NCBI GenBank assembly: GCA_028719205.1
Contig: JAQUKH010000001.1
Coordinates: 80,603-144,602 of the forward strand
Length of the DNA: 64,000 nucleotides
Reading direction: 5' to 3'
Source of the DNA: a bacterium
GTDB lineage: Bacteria > JACRDZ01 > JAQUKH01
Made by a program: the position numbers and the translations under genes. How positions within the stretch are numbered: the stretch's first letter is position 1; every line of letters starts with the position of its first letter. This document shows positions 1 to 8,626 of the stretch, in pieces. The notes under the pieces are model-generated. The model searched no databases and was not told where the DNA came from. It worked only from the letters and a program-made list of their open reading frames with translations.

Positions 1-729
1 CATTATAGTCTGCTATACCTGTGCTTAACGCCTCAAGAAAAGTTCCTGTAAACGCGGAATGGTTCTTATAACCGCCATCACTTACCGGCTCCTTGCCACC
101 GGCTGTCAGGGCCTGCCTTGCTTTGCGTTTGGTAATTTCCTGTAGGTAACGCGGATGGTCATCTTTCACCGCCGCCGCGCGCGTTGTAAAAAACATACCT
201 GAATAACAGGCATCCAGCACCATATAAATATGTTTAGCCTTTATGTCTTTTAAAATATCTTTAAGCTCCGTCATTGAGATCGCGGAGGATCTGTATTCTC
301 CCTGCCGGAAATCCACCGGTATGAGGTATCCATTGTCTAAACTGCTCTCCCCATGTCCGGCAAAATAAACCAGCAATCTATCCCTTTCGCCTATTTTATA
401 AGGCAATTCATCCCCAAGCATTTGTAAAATTCCGCTTTTTGTGGCTTTGTTATCATACAGAGTAAAAATATGGTCTTCCGCAAAGCCATATTTGTCCTGT
501 AACATTTGTTTTACCGCCTTAGCATCATTTACGGCATACTTAAGCTTCCCAACCTTCTGATAATCATCAATTCCCACCACGACAGCCCAGCTTTGTCCAA
601 ACGGTTCAAGCACTTCACCGTCTTTGGCAACAATTTTTATACTGCGCAAACCTTCAATTGCAAAATTTAAAGTAGTATTAAATAGAATTATAAGTATGGA
701 TAAAGCGATAATTTGTGTGCGTTTCATTA
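1..729 (-). CDS. peptidase C14 caspase-domain protein; N-terminal about 243 aa present, 3' end runs off the window. Fourth paralogue.
   Basis: Reverse translation from ATG at 729 gives MKRTQIIALSILIILFNTTLNFAIEGLRSIKIVAKDGEVLEPFGQSWAVVVGIDDYQ..., a signal peptide followed by a caspase domain. About 92% nt identity to 14610..16070 over nt 1-100. Confidence 0.7.
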
Positions 730-751
730 TTTATACCCCCCATTAATTCGG

Positions 752-937
752 CTAATCCGGATTCGCAATAGATACAAAACCACCCCAGTAAAAAGGATTG
801 GGATTTTTTTCTTTTATTTTAAGTTTTGCTTCTCTTAAGGCTTCAGCTTTACTTTTGCCATCTGCCATGCGTTTATAAAATTCTATCATCAGGTCTTTTG
901 TTTCCTCGTCAGGCACTTTCCACAGGCTCATTACCAA
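752..937 (-). pseudogene. 61-aa ORF resembling only the C-terminal end of a CHAT (caspase HetF-associated) domain; possible gene remnant
   Basis: ...DEETKDLMIEFYKRMADGKSKAEALREAKLKIKEKNPNPFYWGGFVSIANPD matches the typical CHAT C-terminus (D-x-T...FY...G-S-x-AEALR-AQ...P-YYW-A-F). No upstream CHAT body exists in the 108-nt spacer. Confidence 0.3.
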
Positions 938-1045
938 TGTTTTTGCTCCCGCGAGGATAAAGGGCCTTTAAGGCCGAACACTCCCTCTCCTTTTTTAACT
1001 TCTTATAATTATAATAAAAATATATAAACAAAAGGAAGGTTGCTA

Positions 1046-2500
1046 CTACTCAAATTTCCATACTTGATCCGGGTGTTTGACCGCTTGACAAATTCTACCA
1101 CCATCATCTTTATTGCCGTTATAAACATCCAGATATAGCCCACTGATTCTTGATTGGATATAATAATATCCCGGATATTTTTCAGATGGTTCTAATCGCC
1201 ATACTTGATCTGGGTGTTTGACGGCTTGACAAATTCTACCACCAACATCTTTATTGCCGTTATAAACATCCAGGTATAGCCCACTGATTCTTGATTGGAT
1301 ATAATAATATCCCGGATATTTTTCAGATGGTTCTAATCGCCATACTTGATCTGGGTGTTTGACGGCTTGACAAATTTTACCACCAACCTCTTTATTTGCC
1401 TGATATACATCCAGATACAAACCACTGTTTTGTGATTGGATGTAATAACCACGATTCCCGCTTTCATCATTCGCGTTTCCGTTAAATGGATAATAGGCTA
1501 CTAATGCACTGTTGATATTTTCCCCTTGCGTTTCTCCTTGTGTAGGTTTTATAATATCAATTATTTTGGGCGGGACATGAGGTTTAGCTTCTATAACATC
1601 AGGTTTATCCGCCCGGGGTTTGTTTCCCATAGCATAAACCGAAGGCTGCACAAATACAAACTCGCCTCCCTCGGATCCCGGCAAATTGCCGAATTCAGGG
1701 ATTTGATCTGCCAGTTCAGCTACCTTTGGCTGTATATAGGTGTTTATTTCCGAAGCTGTAATAATACCATCGCCGTTATAGTCAGCCATACCTGTGATTA
1801 ACGCATCCAGAAAAGTTCCGGTGAAAGCGGAATGATTTTTATAACCGCCATCGCTTACAGGCTCCTTGCCGCCGGCAGTCAGGGCTTGCCTTGCTTTGCG
1901 TTTGGTTATTTCCTGCAAATATCGCGGATGATCATCTTTAACCGCCGCCGCACGCGTTGTAAAAAACATACCTGAATAACAGGCGTCCAGCACCATATAG
2001 ATATGTTTAGCCTTAATATCCTTTAAAATATCTTTCAGCTCTGTCATTGAAATCGCTGAAGCTCTGTATTCTCCCTGACGATAGTCCACCGGTATGAGAT
2101 AACCATTATCTTTGCTGCTTTCTCCATGGCCCGCGAAATAAATTAACAATCTATCTCTATCTCCTATTTTATCAGGCAAATCATCTCCTATCTTCTTCAA
2201 AATATCATTTTTTGTAGCTTTATTATCATATAGGGTAAAAATGTGATCTTCCACAAATCCATATTTATCCTGAAGCATTTGTTTTACCGCCTCAGCATCG
2301 CTAACCGCGAATTTAAGCTTCCCAACATTTTGATAATTATCAATTCCTATCACAACAGCCCAACTTTGCCCAAACGGTTCAAGCACTTCTCCGTCTTTGG
2401 CGACAATTTTGATACTGCGTAAACCATCATTAGCAAAATCCATAGTTGTAGTCATTAGGAATGCCAGTATAACTAAAATGACGATCAGTTTGGTTCGCAT
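1046..2500 (-). CDS. secreted peptidase C14 (caspase/orthocaspase) with C-terminal ricin-B-type beta-trefoil lectin (three QxW repeats)
   Basis: Signal peptide; His/Cys dyad motifs YFAGHG and LDACYSG; C-terminal 3x47-aa repeats containing Q-V-W. Confidence 0.85.
   Translation of the reverse strand: MRTKLIVILVILAFLMTTTMDFANDGLRSIKIVAKDGEVLEPFGQSWAVVIGIDNYQNVGKLKFAVSDAEAVKQMLQDKYGFVEDHIFTLYDNKATKNDILKKIGDDLPDKIGDRDRLLIYFAGHGESSKDNGYLIPVDYRQGEYRASAISMTELKDILKDIKAKHIYMVLDACYSGMFFTTRAAAVKDDHPRYLQEITKRKARQALTAGGKEPVSDGGYKNHSAFTGTFLDALITGMADYNGDGIITASEINTYIQPKVAELADQIPEFGNLPGSEGGEFVFVQPSVYAMGNKPRADKPDVIEAKPHVPPKIIDIIKPTQGETQGENINSALVAYYPFNGNANDESGNRGYYIQSQNSGLYLDVYQANKEVGGKICQAVKHPDQVWRLEPSEKYPGYYYIQSRISGLYLDVYNGNKDVGGRICQAVKHPDQVWRLEPSEKYPGYYYIQSRISGLYLDVYNGNKDDGGRICQAVKHPDQVWKFE
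1058..1480. repeat. three tandem 141-nt repeats encoding the three beta-trefoil subdomains (1058-1198, 1199-1339, 1340-1480). Copies 1 and 2 are nearly identical; copy 3 is diverged.
   Basis: Direct comparison of the nucleotide blocks starting ccatacttgatc... Confidence 0.85.
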
Positions 2501-2606
2501 AATTTATATTTCTCCCCCATTTTTATCAATCCGAACTCCCCTAATCCCCTATTTAAAAAAAGAGGGGAAAATAACAGTAAAATTATATTTATCTTTTCCC
2601 TCTTAC

Positions 2607-2632
2607 TCCTCCTCTTTTTTTAAAGAGGAGGA
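2607..2632. other. perfect 11-bp inverted repeat tcctcctcttt-tttt-aaagaggagga (GA/CT-rich hairpin) in the intergenic spacer. A second hairpin tcccct-N12-agggga lies about 60 nt upstream.
   Basis: Seen directly; no flanking U-run, so not a canonical intrinsic terminator. Confidence 0.4.
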
Positions 2633-2660
2633 TGGGAGGAGTTCTCTTAATGTTATTCTT

Positions 2661-2709
2661 TCAGCTTTTGAATGAATTTAGCTGATAGCTGAGTGCTGAA
2701 TTCTGACAA
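2661..2709. repeat. family-1 TCAGC-heptad element, right-arm-only (half) copy
   Basis: tcagcttttgaatgaatttagctgatagctgagtgctgaattctgacaa matches the right arms at 7001-7031 and 8307-8337. Confidence 0.6.
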
Positions 2710-2710
2710 C

Positions 2711-4477
2711 TTATTTATTATCCTTTCTCTCTTCTTTTTTGTTACCCTTATCTCCCTTAGTTTCCGTGCTGTCCCACACCTCCTCCGTCCCCGCGGATGG
2801 AATTGGTTTTGACATCGATTGGCCCTCCTCTTCAGTCAGCCCCCTTGAGCCTGTAAATCTATTTATGTCTTTTCCATAGATCTTAAATTCATAAATTGTT
2901 TCTGACCATATAGTTTTATCTAATTTTTCCCGTACTACGCCGATATTTTTTATACCTCTTGTATTTATCTCGTAGAACGGTTTTTTAAAATCCATTCCGA
3001 ATATATTTTCAATTGGGTCAGGTTTTATTGAAGCAATCGCTTTTACCCTTTCTATTCCGGCAGGCCCTTCTATTTTCATCTTAAATCCGTAATTATCACC
3101 CGGGATTCTGTAAGTCTGGCCTGCCCTGATAAAATTGTCCTGTGAAAATTGATTAGGGAAAAGAACATATGTTTCACCGCTTGTCGCTATATCAACTAAA
3201 GTCAGATAACAGTCACGGCTTGCTTTAAAATAGAAGTTTACATATTCATCTATTTTGTAACTTTCTTTATCAGTAGCGATATTAATATCAAACTCTTTTT
3301 TCTCTTGTTTTATTCCAATTATATTTTCTATACCTTTATTCTCTAAAAATACAAAATATTGCGCTTTCTTTACAACTTTCTCATCACTTAGCAACCCAAA
3401 TTCAACAGGGAAACTGCCTTCTTTATCAACAGGAATCCCCTGGCCGTCAAATTTTACTTTACCTGACATGTCAGTAAACTCATCTCTAACCCTTTTATCT
3501 AAATTGGGAAGAAACATAAAAACAGGCGAGTTTTTTATTGGAATATTTTTATCACCGGCCATATAACTAAATTCAATTTCAAACGGCTCCTTAATTTTTC
3601 CCCCGACTAAGATCTTCTGGTTATCGCCGGAAATTTTTTTCATTATGATCCCATTAAGTATTTTATCTTTTAAATGTTCAATGTCCTGCATCGATGGAAG
3701 ATTATTAGAATTATTATTTCCGGAAATTTGGGCTGATAAATATACTTTGTCAAATACGGTTTTCCTTTCTTCCGATAAATCCCAAAGTATTTTTAATGCT
3801 AAAACAACCTCCCCGTTTTTTTCATGCTCCAATGCTGTATTATAACCTTTTGTAATGCCTTCGATTTTTTCCTGCAGCAATTTGATCTCCATCTGTTCTT
3901 TTTTATTTTCTTCTTTTTCTTTATTTTCTGCGGCTTTATCTCTTCTTTTTTCCGCATATTCTCTTATACTTCTAATTTCTTCCTGAGGCACCGAAATTAA
4001 AAGCGCGGACACCCAATAAATTTTAGAGTTTTTATTTTCATAATATTTATATTTGCAATCATACCATTCTGATGGTTTTGTCCCGCGAATGAACGCTTCA
4101 GCAGCAGCACTGCTCGCATTTTTTCCAATTGACGCTATAGTTTCTTCATTATCTTTTCTGACTACTTTATTAATATATTCTTCTATAACTTCTATATTGA
4201 CTCCGCAATACTTAATAAATTCAATATCCGCGCCCCGCTTTGCTTCATCACGGGCAAATTTTCGCTCTTCTTTTTTTGATGACATACTGACAAAATACGC
4301 GTATTTTTCATCATGTTCAGGAGGTTTTATAAACCAGGCGGGCTGGATCGGGGAGGAAGATTCAAGTAATACCTCATTAACTTCCACAGTCTTTTGAGAT
4401 TCATCTCTAACTTGCATTCCTGTGCAGCTGCAAAACATAGAAATTACAATTATAATTATAAAATATTTTTTACCCAC
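2711..4477 (-). CDS. lipoprotein with N-terminal LPP20/FlgP-like domain and C-terminal DUF4384-like domain; K/E-rich tail
   Basis: Lipobox-like FCSC; PAWFIKPP...YAYFVS pattern of the LPP20 family; the C-terminal block YVNFYFKASRDCYLTLVDIATSGETYVLFPNQ...YRIPGDNYGFKMKIEGPAGIERVKAIAS resembles the caspase-associated DUF4384. Confidence 0.55.
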   Translation of the reverse strand: MGKKYFIIIIVISMFCSCTGMQVRDESQKTVEVNEVLLESSSPIQPAWFIKPPEHDEKYAYFVSMSSKKEERKFARDEAKRGADIEFIKYCGVNIEVIEEYINKVVRKDNEETIASIGKNASSAAAEAFIRGTKPSEWYDCKYKYYENKNSKIYWVSALLISVPQEEIRSIREYAEKRRDKAAENKEKEENKKEQMEIKLLQEKIEGITKGYNTALEHEKNGEVVLALKILWDLSEERKTVFDKVYLSAQISGNNNSNNLPSMQDIEHLKDKILNGIIMKKISGDNQKILVGGKIKEPFEIEFSYMAGDKNIPIKNSPVFMFLPNLDKRVRDEFTDMSGKVKFDGQGIPVDKEGSFPVEFGLLSDEKVVKKAQYFVFLENKGIENIIGIKQEKKEFDINIATDKESYKIDEYVNFYFKASRDCYLTLVDIATSGETYVLFPNQFSQDNFIRAGQTYRIPGDNYGFKMKIEGPAGIERVKAIASIKPDPIENIFGMDFKKPFYEINTRGIKNIGVVREKLDKTIWSETIYEFKIYGKDINRFTGSRGLTEEEGQSMSKPIPSAGTEEVWDSTETKGDKGNKKEERKDNK

Positions 4478-4497
4478 TATCCCCCCTATTTAAAAAA

Positions 4498-4921
4498 TAG
4501 CATTCAGCAATCAGCTGTCAGCATTCAGCTTTTTAATGAAAGACGTAATCATGCGCTTAATTTCTATTACCTTTTCAGTAAGACACTGGAAATCAGAATG
4601 GCTCAGCAACTCAAGATCATGAGTAAGCAGAAGATGATATTCTAACTCACATGCAGAACCCATCGCAATCTGAAAGAAACGCGATAACTCAGCTTCTCCC
4701 TTTCTTCCGCAGCCTTCTGCAATGTTAGCTGGAATAGAAGCACACGAACGCCGAATTTGGCTTGTCAGACCAAACAACTCATTTTTTGGAAAACTTGAAG
4801 TAGCTTTGTATACAGCCAAAGTTAATTCATGAGACTTCTCCCAAACTTTCAGTTCTCTAAAATTCTTCAATTGTATCGCTCCTTATTTTGCTGACAGCTG
4901 ATCGCTGAGTGCTGACAGCTC
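4498..4921. mobile_element. family-1 palindromic element carrying a gene. Left arm 4498-4529 and right arm 4890-4920 bracket the four-helix-bundle protein gene.
   Basis: The arms gcattcagcaatcagctgtcagcattcagc and gctgacagctgatcgctgagtgctgacagct are inverted TCAGC-heptad arrays as in the empty copies. The gene's last 7 codons lie inside the left arm. Confidence 0.4.
4511..4870 (-). CDS. four-helix-bundle protein (23S rRNA intervening-sequence protein family, PF05635/TIGR02436)
   Basis: ...LAVYKATSSFPKNELFGLTSQIRRSCASIPANIAEGCGRKGEAELSRFFQIAMGSACELEYHLLL... TTG start preceded by AAGGAG. Confidence 0.85.
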   Translation of the reverse strand: MKNFRELKVWEKSHELTLAVYKATSSFPKNELFGLTSQIRRSCASIPANIAEGCGRKGEAELSRFFQIAMGSACELEYHLLLTHDLELLSHSDFQCLTEKVIEIKRMITSFIKKLNADS

Positions 4922-6127
4922 TTATATGGCTTTATACGCTTCCTTCCTCTTCAGTATCCTTTGTAAATAATCTATTGTTTCCTGTTTTGGTAATTTTTTT
5001 ATTAACGTTTCATAGACAACTTTTGAAGTCATACTATTTATAATGGCATCTGCTTTTTTGATATCTTTCACGCCTGCAAATGTTTGCGCGAGATTTCCTA
5101 TCCCCGTATTATAAGCGGCAATAACGCAGTAAAGCCTGCTTTCTACATCTTTTATATTTTTGCAGTAACCATAAAATAATAATCCAAGATAAGCAGTTCC
5201 AATATTTATGTTGTTTTCATCATTATATAAATAAGAAGGGCTCAATAAATATGACTTCCCATATAAAATTTTCGTAACATCTTTACCGGCTGTTCCAGGG
5301 ACCACCTGCATAAGCCCATAGGCGGGAATCGGAGACTTTGCCATCGGATTAAAAGCGCTTTCTGTATGTATTACTGCCAATGCCAGAGACAGATCTAATT
5401 TATTTTTATCCGTGTATTTGCTGACTGACGCTTTATATTGTTTTGCTCTTTTAAGTAAACTATCAGATGGCAGGTCTATTTTTATGCTAATTACAATCGT
5501 TTTCTCAACTTTTGACGGCGCTTCCTGAATTTTAGCTTTTGCTACTATCTTTTTTACTTCTTTAGAAACTTCTTCTTTTTTAGGCGTGGGAGTATTAAAA
5601 AATACAGGCGCCAGGATCGGATCGCTTTTCACCTCATCTTTTTTTATATTCTTTACTTCTTTAATTACCTTTTTTTCTATGTTCTGTGAAAGCTTATCTT
5701 TTTCAAAGGCCGTTTTTTTGTCTTCAACCATTAAATCTTCCAGTGCCTTTTTAATTTTATTCTCTTTTTCCTCTTTTTTTTCATTCTGGCCTACGATTAT
5801 ATCTATTTTTATATTATTATTCTCAAAATCCACAATTTTTTTTGTTTGATAATCAGGAGAGTACTCAACCCATTTTTTATTATCAGAAATTTCAGGTTTA
5901 TCCCAGTTTGCTAATATCTCTTTTTTGTAATTCTCATATTCTTCTTCTACTATATTTTTATATTGTTCAAATTCTTTTTCTATTTCCGCTTGATATTCCT
6001 CAAATTCCTGCTGTTCCTGAGCAACTCCATTTTCCTGCTGTTTAACAAAGTCTTCAAAAGATTCAGCGGATACAAATGAAAAGTTAAAAAATATCATTAC
6101 ACCGGCCAAAACAATTACTTTTTTCAT
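4922..6127 (-). CDS. MltC-like membrane-bound lytic murein transglycosylase (SLT domain) with E/K-rich coiled N-terminal region
   Basis: HTESAFNPMAKSPIPAYGLMQVVPGTAG catalytic motif. Start chosen at ATG 6127 (MKKVIVLAGVMIFFNFSFVSA signal peptide, GGAAGGAA RBS). The longer ORF to 6160 would start with TTG inside the repeat. Confidence 0.75.
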   Translation of the reverse strand: MKKVIVLAGVMIFFNFSFVSAESFEDFVKQQENGVAQEQQEFEEYQAEIEKEFEQYKNIVEEEYENYKKEILANWDKPEISDNKKWVEYSPDYQTKKIVDFENNNIKIDIIVGQNEKKEEKENKIKKALEDLMVEDKKTAFEKDKLSQNIEKKVIKEVKNIKKDEVKSDPILAPVFFNTPTPKKEEVSKEVKKIVAKAKIQEAPSKVEKTIVISIKIDLPSDSLLKRAKQYKASVSKYTDKNKLDLSLALAVIHTESAFNPMAKSPIPAYGLMQVVPGTAGKDVTKILYGKSYLLSPSYLYNDENNINIGTAYLGLLFYGYCKNIKDVESRLYCVIAAYNTGIGNLAQTFAGVKDIKKADAIINSMTSKVVYETLIKKLPKQETIDYLQRILKRKEAYKAI

Positions 6128-6148
6128 TTTTTGTTTTTCCTTCCAATT

Positions 6149-6227
6149 AGCTATCAGCAATCAGCGCTCAGATATCAGCTAATTCAAATAAAAGCTGAAT
6201 GCTGACAGCTGATAGCTGAACGCTTAG
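6149..6227. repeat. family-1 TCAGC-heptad palindromic element (complete, empty)
   Basis: agctatcagcaatcagcgctcagatatcagct - aattcaaataaa - agctgaatgctgacagctgatagctgaacgct. Confidence 0.7.
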
Positions 6228-6898
6228 TATTTCTTAAACTTCTTGATAATCCAAATAACAACATATATTGCCACACAAAACCCTACAAAAAACGCAAGTA
6301 TAAGTTCATTGGTTCCTAAACTAAAACCGCTTTTTTCAGATATGGAAGATTCCGATAACGGTTCCACTTTTGCTTCAGATTTAGCTTCTTCCTTGACTTC
6401 TTCTTTTACCGCTTCTTTCACTTCTTCTTTTTGTATTTCTTTTGGTTTTTCTACTGCTATTTTTTCAACCTGTTTAATTTCAACTGTTTCAGCTTTTATA
6501 TCCGCTAAAATCAAATTTTCTTTTTTATTTTCAACCGCAGCCCCTTTACGAAGCTCTTCTAATTTATCTATTTCCTTATCTAGCTCATCCTGCCCATTTT
6601 TTGCTTTATTCTCCTGCCATAATGCTTCTTCGTTTATTTTTTTTTCTTTTTCGGGAGCAGCTTTTCCTTCGGTTTTAGCCTCATTTGAAATACTAATTGA
6701 TTTTTTGTCTTCTGAAATTTCTTTTTTAAACTTATTAAAATCCTCTAAATTTTCTTTCTTGTGCTCCTGAAAATCCTCTTTCATCTTTTGACTGGTTTCT
6801 CCCTCAAGCTCATTTTCAACGTCATCATATGTTTCAGCAAATAAAAACGTACTATTTAATAACATTATTATTCCGATAAAAATAAGTAATTTTTTCAT
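6224..6898 (-). CDS. secreted E/K-rich low-complexity protein with C-terminal transmembrane anchor
   Basis: Signal peptide MKKLLIFIGIIMLLNSTFLFA (ATG 6898, AAGGAG RBS); C-terminal LILAFFVGFCVAIYVVIWII; contains the ALWQENKAKNGQDELDKE motif shared with 7562..8164. Confidence 0.5.
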   Translation of the reverse strand: MKKLLIFIGIIMLLNSTFLFAETYDDVENELEGETSQKMKEDFQEHKKENLEDFNKFKKEISEDKKSISISNEAKTEGKAAPEKEKKINEEALWQENKAKNGQDELDKEIDKLEELRKGAAVENKKENLILADIKAETVEIKQVEKIAVEKPKEIQKEEVKEAVKEEVKEEAKSEAKVEPLSESSISEKSGFSLGTNELILAFFVGFCVAIYVVIWIIKKFKKY

Positions 6899-6924
6899 TC
6901 TATTATTTCTCCTTTGAAGTTTAA

Positions 6925-7031
6925 GCATTCAGCTCTCAGCTATCAGCACTCAGCTTTTTAATAGCATTCATCCATCTGCATTCAGTTTTTGAATGGATTT
7001 AGCTGATAGCTAGTAGCTGACCGCTGAACGC
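6925..7031. repeat. family-1 TCAGC-heptad palindromic element (complete, empty)
   Basis: gcattcagctctcagctatcagcactcagc ... agctgatagctagtagctgaccgctgaacgc. Confidence 0.7.
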
Positions 7032-7037
7032 TTCTTT

Positions 7038-7496
7038 TCATTGCAACACCATCCATACATGAATTTCCCCTGATTTTTCATCTTTCCAGATCTCTTCAAT
7101 ATTCGCTTTTACACTTTTACTATCAGACGTCTGAACGCTATAAGTACCCATATATGTCTTTGCGTCATTCTGTGTACCGGTTGTCGCGGTTACAAGATAA
7201 CTATTAACCTTTACCCCTAACTGCCTTGCTATATCATCCAAGGCCCTTTCTATAGCCAATTTTCTCTGTTCATTTTCACTTTTTATATGTATTCCGGATG
7301 TCCCAACACCGCCAATATTGCCTTTCATTCCCGGATTCCAATACCATTCCGGTTTACCATTTACTATTTTTGTCCCTTTTGATGTAACGTTCGTAATTAT
7401 TGATCCGCTATTATCCGCTTTTTTTACGCAGGATGACGCGGTAAACGCCAATATAACTACAGGTATTAGTAATAACCGGCTAAAAATATTTTTCAA
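7038..7496 (-). CDS. LPP20/FlgP-like lipoprotein
   Basis: Lipobox TASSC; PEWYWNP...GGVG...A..A..LA pattern. TTG start. Confidence 0.55.
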   Translation of the reverse strand: MKNIFSRLLLIPVVILAFTASSCVKKADNSGSIITNVTSKGTKIVNGKPEWYWNPGMKGNIGGVGTSGIHIKSENEQRKLAIERALDDIARQLGVKVNSYLVTATTGTQNDAKTYMGTYSVQTSDSKSVKANIEEIWKDEKSGEIHVWMVLQ

Positions 7497-7561
7497 ATTA
7501 ATACCCCCATTTTATTGGAGGAAAAGCATAAGATCTGCTTTCCCTCCAACTCTAATATTTA

Positions 7562-8164
7562 CTATTTTTTAGATTCAACTAATTTATTTACTTCTTTGTC
7601 CAGTTCATCCTGCCCATTTTTCGCTTTAAACTCCTGCCATAAAGCCTGTTCGTTCTTAAAACTGGTTTCAACCTGGTCTTTTATGGATTTCTTAGCTAAT
7701 TCATTATCAATAACAATCAAAACATATAAATTATCTTTTGGGGATGCCCAACTATCCCTAAGTGTTGTACCATTTAAAGTTTGGCTTGCAACTTGTTTTG
7801 ATACATCCGCTGATACCCTGTCAACCATTTCGCCATTACCAACCCCTGTAACATTCATAAAAGATTTAACCATATTTTTTACTTTTAACTCCATCATTCT
7901 GGCAAGTTCATTTCTTCCGTTGGCCAAAGCCTCTGTTCTTGCAAAGGACATACCGGCTTTACCTACTTTAGCAATACCAACTGCCGCGATCCCGCCTTCT
8001 ACCTGAGAGGTGGTTACCCATTTTGGAGCATCTTTAAATTCACTTTGTACAGTTGTATCCTGTTGAGTGTCTGTTTGCTTTGTTACGGCCTTAGTTGTTC
8101 CACAACCGGCAGAAAACACCACTGCAATAGCCAAAATACTTAACGAAATCATTTTCTTTTTCAT
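7562..8164 (-). CDS. LPP20/FlgP-like lipoprotein
   Basis: Lipobox FSAGC; APKWV...GGIAAVGIAKVG...ARTEALANGRNELA; strong AAGGAGGAT RBS. Confidence 0.65.
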   Translation of the reverse strand: MKKKMISLSILAIAVVFSAGCGTTKAVTKQTDTQQDTTVQSEFKDAPKWVTTSQVEGGIAAVGIAKVGKAGMSFARTEALANGRNELARMMELKVKNMVKSFMNVTGVGNGEMVDRVSADVSKQVASQTLNGTTLRDSWASPKDNLYVLIVIDNELAKKSIKDQVETSFKNEQALWQEFKAKNGQDELDKEVNKLVESKK

Positions 8165-8230
8165 TGTGTATCCTCCTTTTTATTTACATTGTGAATTTTT
8201 TTTTATTTAACTACAATGCTAGCTTATTAA

Positions 8231-8337
8231 GCAATCAGCAGTCAGCTTTCAGCTTTTTAATAGCTTTCTGCGTTCAGTTATCATTAGTCAGCTTTTGAAT
8301 AAAATTAGCTGATAGCTGAATGCTGAAATCTGATTGC
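8231..8337. repeat. family-1 TCAGC-heptad palindromic element (complete, empty), located in the 5' leader of 7562..8164
   Basis: gcaatcagcagtcagctttcagc ... agctgatagctgaatgctgaaatctgattgc. Confidence 0.7.
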
Positions 8338-8414
8338 TAAAGATTTAATCACCTCCCTGGCTTTAAGATGCTATTTTTTAGTAATAAACTTTTTTATATC
8401 TAACTCTAATATAA

Positions 8415-8431
8415 TGCAAGAACCATGCCAA
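8415..8431 (-). promoter_or_regulatory. sigma-54 (-24/-12) promoter. Minus-strand sense TTGGCATGGTTCTTGCA.
   Basis: TGGCAT-N5-TTGCA with correct spacing; 16/18 identical to the promoter at 16190-16206. Confidence 0.6.
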
Positions 8432-8576
8432 AAGTCGTTAAACAGTAAAAATAAATTCATTTTTATTAAAAAAACCCGATTTTTTCAGTCTTTTCCCCGT
8501 TTTTTTTAATCCAAATCCAAAATTACTAATATTAGCATATCAAAAACAGCCTGTTCCTATATCAAATAACGTATGG

Positions 8577-8591
8577 ATGCATGGAATTCCA
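8577..8591. promoter_or_regulatory. putative EBP enhancer (UAS) palindrome ATGCATGGAATTCCA, about 155 bp upstream of the sigma-54 promoter
   Basis: Same 15-mer as in the 16342-16359 palindrome, with the same spacing to the promoter. Confidence 0.45.
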
Positions 8592-8626
8592 CACAAGATA
8601 TGTTAAATGTTTTAGAATCTATCACC

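Noticed and set aside
4922-6160. Longer MltC ORF starting at 6160
   Set aside because: That start is a TTG inside the palindromic element. The ATG at 6127 has an RBS and begins a canonical signal peptide.
1526-8006. Plus-strand ORFs 1526..1801, 2397..2675, 3645..3845, 4053..4397, 4394..4645, 5586..5849, 5842..6045, 6243..6770, 7318..7572, 7515..8006
   Set aside because: Shadow ORFs antisense to well-supported minus-strand genes. Translations are S/F/L-rich low-complexity with no motifs.
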